Positions 61,669 to 64,000 of a stretch of 64,000 nt of DNA are shown here, piece by piece. Numbering within the stretch: the stretch's first letter is position 1; each line of letters begins with the position of its first letter. The notes under the pieces were generated by a model that was not told where the DNA came from, ran no database searches, and worked only from the letters and a program-made list of their open reading frames with translations. The DNA comes from an uncultured Acidobacteriota bacterium (lineage in GTDB: Bacteria; Acidobacteriota; UBA6911): contig CAWJKZ010000021.1 of assembly GCA_963843575.1 (NCBI GenBank), forward strand, positions 192,001 to 256,000. Direction: 5' to 3'. Made by a program: the position numbers and the translations under genes.

Positions 61669-61784
61669 CTTCGGGCCTCTTTGAGTTCTTTGGTTCCTCG
61701 AGGTGAACTGTCCGTGTCCTGCGTGGCAGGTTGTTTTTTGTTTTTTTCACCGCCAAGCCTCGAAGAACTCAAAGAGGCTCGAAG
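61669..61784. repeat. Intergenic palindrome, repeat family B
   Basis: cttcgggcctctttgagttctt ... aagaactcaaagaggctcgaag. Confidence 0.7.
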
Positions 61785-61797
61785 GAGCGCAGTCCGA

Positions 61798-61803
61798 TAT
61801 AAT
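61798..61803 (+). promoter_or_regulatory. -10 box for the S9 peptidase gene
   Basis: TATAAT followed by an AGGAGG RBS and the ATG at 61836. Confidence 0.45.
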
Positions 61804-61835
61804 GTGTTCAATCGACCCAAACGTAGGAGGGTGGC

Positions 61836-63881
61836 ATGCGTAAGGCGCTTGTGCTGGTGTTCGTCGCGGCCGTGGCGGTCGTCGCCCGAGGCGCGGCCCC
61901 GCACGCGTTTTCGGTGCATGACATGTTGGCGATGGACCGCGTCTCGGATCCGCAGGTCTCGCCCGACGGCAAGCTGGTGGCGTTCTCGGTGAGCGTTACC
62001 GACCTGGCGGCCAACGGGCGCCGTTCCGACATATATGTCGCGTCGGTCGACGGCTCCTTCGTGCGGCGCATGACCAGCGATGCGGCGAACGACACCCAGC
62101 CGCGCTGGAGCAGGGACGGCAAGGGGATCTATTTCGTGTCGGCGCGGGGAGGCTCGCCCCAGGTTTGGAGGCTCCCGATCGACGGCGGCGAAGCGAAGCA
62201 GGTGACCCGGCTGCCGCTGGGCGTCGACGCTCTGAGGGTCGCTCCTGATGGCAGATTCCTCACTTTCTCGCTCGCGGTCTTCCCCGGGAAGTCGCCGGAG
62301 GAGACGAGGCGCCTCCTGGACGAGAGGGCGAAGGCCAAATCTACCGGCGTCGTGTACGACCGCCTGTTCATCCGTCATTGGGACACCTGGGAGGATGGCA
62401 CACGCAATCACCTGTTCATCTACCCGCTCCCGGCCGGGCCCGCCCGCGATCTTATGCCGGCCATGGATGCGGATTGCCCGTCCAGGCCATTCGGCGGAGC
62501 CGAGGAGTATGGAGTGTCGCTCGACGGTCAGGATATCGTGTTTGCGGCAAAGGACGCGGGACGCGAGGAGGCGTGGTCGACCAACTACGATCTCTACCTG
62601 GTGCGTGCCGGCGGACCGGACGCGCCGCGCAAGCTCACCGGCAACCCGGCGTGGGATACGCAGCCGGCTTTTTCCCCCGACGGCAAGACCCTGGCTTACC
62701 TGGCCATGAGCCGCTCTGGGTATGAGGCGGATCGCTACGACGTCGTCCTGCGCGACTGGACAAGCGGCTCGGAACGCAGGATCGTGCTCCGCGCCGACGA
62801 GACCCCGCGCGGCGACCGTTCGGCGGGTGAACTGGCATGGTCCGCAGACGGCCGCGAACTGTACTGCACGGCCGATCACCTGGGACAGCACTCGTTGTTC
62901 GCCGTCGACGCGGCAAGCGGCAAGGCACGCATCGTGGTCAGGGACGGGACGACGGCGGGTCCGCAGCCCCGCCCGGATGGGCGGATCCTGTACAGCATGC
63001 ATTCGCTGCTCGGTCCCGCCGAACTCTACGACGCTGCGCGCGACGGCAGCGACGCCCGCAGGGTCACCCACTTCAACGACGACAGGGTGGCCGCCGCCAA
63101 GTTCGGAAGGCCCGAGCAGTTCACTTTCAAAGGGGCGAAAGACGAGACCGTCTACGGGTACCTCGTCCGTCCGGTGGATTTCGATCCCGCGAAGAAGTAC
63201 CCGGTCGCCTTCCTCATCCACGGCGGACCGCAGGGCTCCTTCGGCAACGACTTCCACTACCGTTGGAACCCGCAAGCCTACGCGGGTGCAGGCTACGCGG
63301 CCCTGACCGTCGATTTTCACGCGTCGACCGGGTACGGTCAGGCGTTCACCGATGCGGTCAACGGGGACTGGGGCGGGGCCCCTTACGAAGACCTGATGAA
63401 GGGCCTCGACTTCGCGCTGCAGAAGTACCCCTTCCTGGACGGCGGCCGGGTGGGCGCGCTCGGCGCCTCCTACGGCGGCTACATGATCAACTGGATCGCC
63501 GGCCACACGGACAGGTTCAAGTGCCTGGTCAGCCATGACGGCAATCTCGACGAGCACATGGCCTACTACGACACCGAGGAGCTATGGTTCCCCGAGTGGG
63601 AGCATGGCGGCCCCGCATATGACCACCCCGAGGGGTACACGCGGCACAGCCCCCTCGGCTACGCCAGGAACTGGAAGACCCCGATGCTGGTGATACACGG
63701 GGGGAAGGACTACCGGGTCGCGGAGACGCAGGGGATCGCGGCTTTCAACCTGCTTCAGCGCAAAGGCATCCCGTCGCGGTTCCTCTATTTCCCGGACGAA
63801 AACCACTGGGTGCTGAAGCCCGCCAATACCATCCAGTGGCACGAGACCGTGCTCGCATGGCTGAGGCAGTGGCTGCAGTGA
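61836..63881 (+). CDS. S9 family prolyl oligopeptidase/dipeptidyl peptidase (DPP5-like)
   Basis: Signal peptide, PD40 repeats, IHGGPQG, GASYGG, DYRV, DENHW. Confidence 0.95.
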   Translation: MRKALVLVFVAAVAVVARGAAPHAFSVHDMLAMDRVSDPQVSPDGKLVAFSVSVTDLAANGRRSDIYVASVDGSFVRRMTSDAANDTQPRWSRDGKGIYFVSARGGSPQVWRLPIDGGEAKQVTRLPLGVDALRVAPDGRFLTFSLAVFPGKSPEETRRLLDERAKAKSTGVVYDRLFIRHWDTWEDGTRNHLFIYPLPAGPARDLMPAMDADCPSRPFGGAEEYGVSLDGQDIVFAAKDAGREEAWSTNYDLYLVRAGGPDAPRKLTGNPAWDTQPAFSPDGKTLAYLAMSRSGYEADRYDVVLRDWTSGSERRIVLRADETPRGDRSAGELAWSADGRELYCTADHLGQHSLFAVDAASGKARIVVRDGTTAGPQPRPDGRILYSMHSLLGPAELYDAARDGSDARRVTHFNDDRVAAAKFGRPEQFTFKGAKDETVYGYLVRPVDFDPAKKYPVAFLIHGGPQGSFGNDFHYRWNPQAYAGAGYAALTVDFHASTGYGQAFTDAVNGDWGGAPYEDLMKGLDFALQKYPFLDGGRVGALGASYGGYMINWIAGHTDRFKCLVSHDGNLDEHMAYYDTEELWFPEWEHGGPAYDHPEGYTRHSPLGYARNWKTPMLVIHGGKDYRVAETQGIAAFNLLQRKGIPSRFLYFPDENHWVLKPANTIQWHETVLAWLRQWLQ

Positions 63882-63948
63882 TGGAGTCCTCGGCGCCGCT
63901 TTCGCATGCGTCCTGAGGCCGGAACCCCTGCGCCTCGGCGCCACACCG
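63882..63948 (+). repeat. REP-like repeat family A, copy 3 (internal deletion)
   Basis: tggagt-cctcggcgccgctttc..gtcct..ggcc..gcgcctcggcgccacaccg. Confidence 0.75.
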
Positions 63949-64000
63949 CTTCCCTCGGGCGCCGGAGGCCGTTCTACGTGCCGGATGCGGATGCGCTGCT

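Overview
GC-rich bacterial chromosomal segment, most likely Acidobacteriota: it carries an acidobacterial-type VWA protein, a TonB C-terminal protein, a Tat-exported NIPSNAP protein and a DUF1080 protein. There are about 50 genes and no rRNA, tRNA, CRISPR array or intact mobile element. Main blocks: (1) a coenzyme F420 cluster npdG-cofD-cofC-cofE running off the left edge; (2) housekeeping, envelope and signalling genes (msrB, HDOD-GGDEF, class A PBP, mutS2); (3) an arginine-catabolic operon with no arginine deiminase, made of an arginine-synthetase/ArcE-like P-loop protein, OTCase, carbamate kinase, a plant-like ATCase paralog with altered aspartate-binding residues and ornithine aminotransferase, bracketed by inverted REP-like repeats and followed by an IS1634-like scar; (4) lgt, elbB, a DUF885-like protein, a large NAD-glutamate dehydrogenase and a radical SAM protein; (5) an ~18 kb glycosylation island (rmlC, rmlD, epimerase, several GT2/GT4, NHL protein, wHTH regulator, Maf-type transferase). 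Frameshifts are concentrated in 1-2430 and 47139-57683 and are probably assembly errors. The best candidate for an undescribed system is the ATCase-like carbamoyltransferase with changed substrate residues inside the ArcE-type operon. All product calls come from motif recognition by eye; no database search was run.
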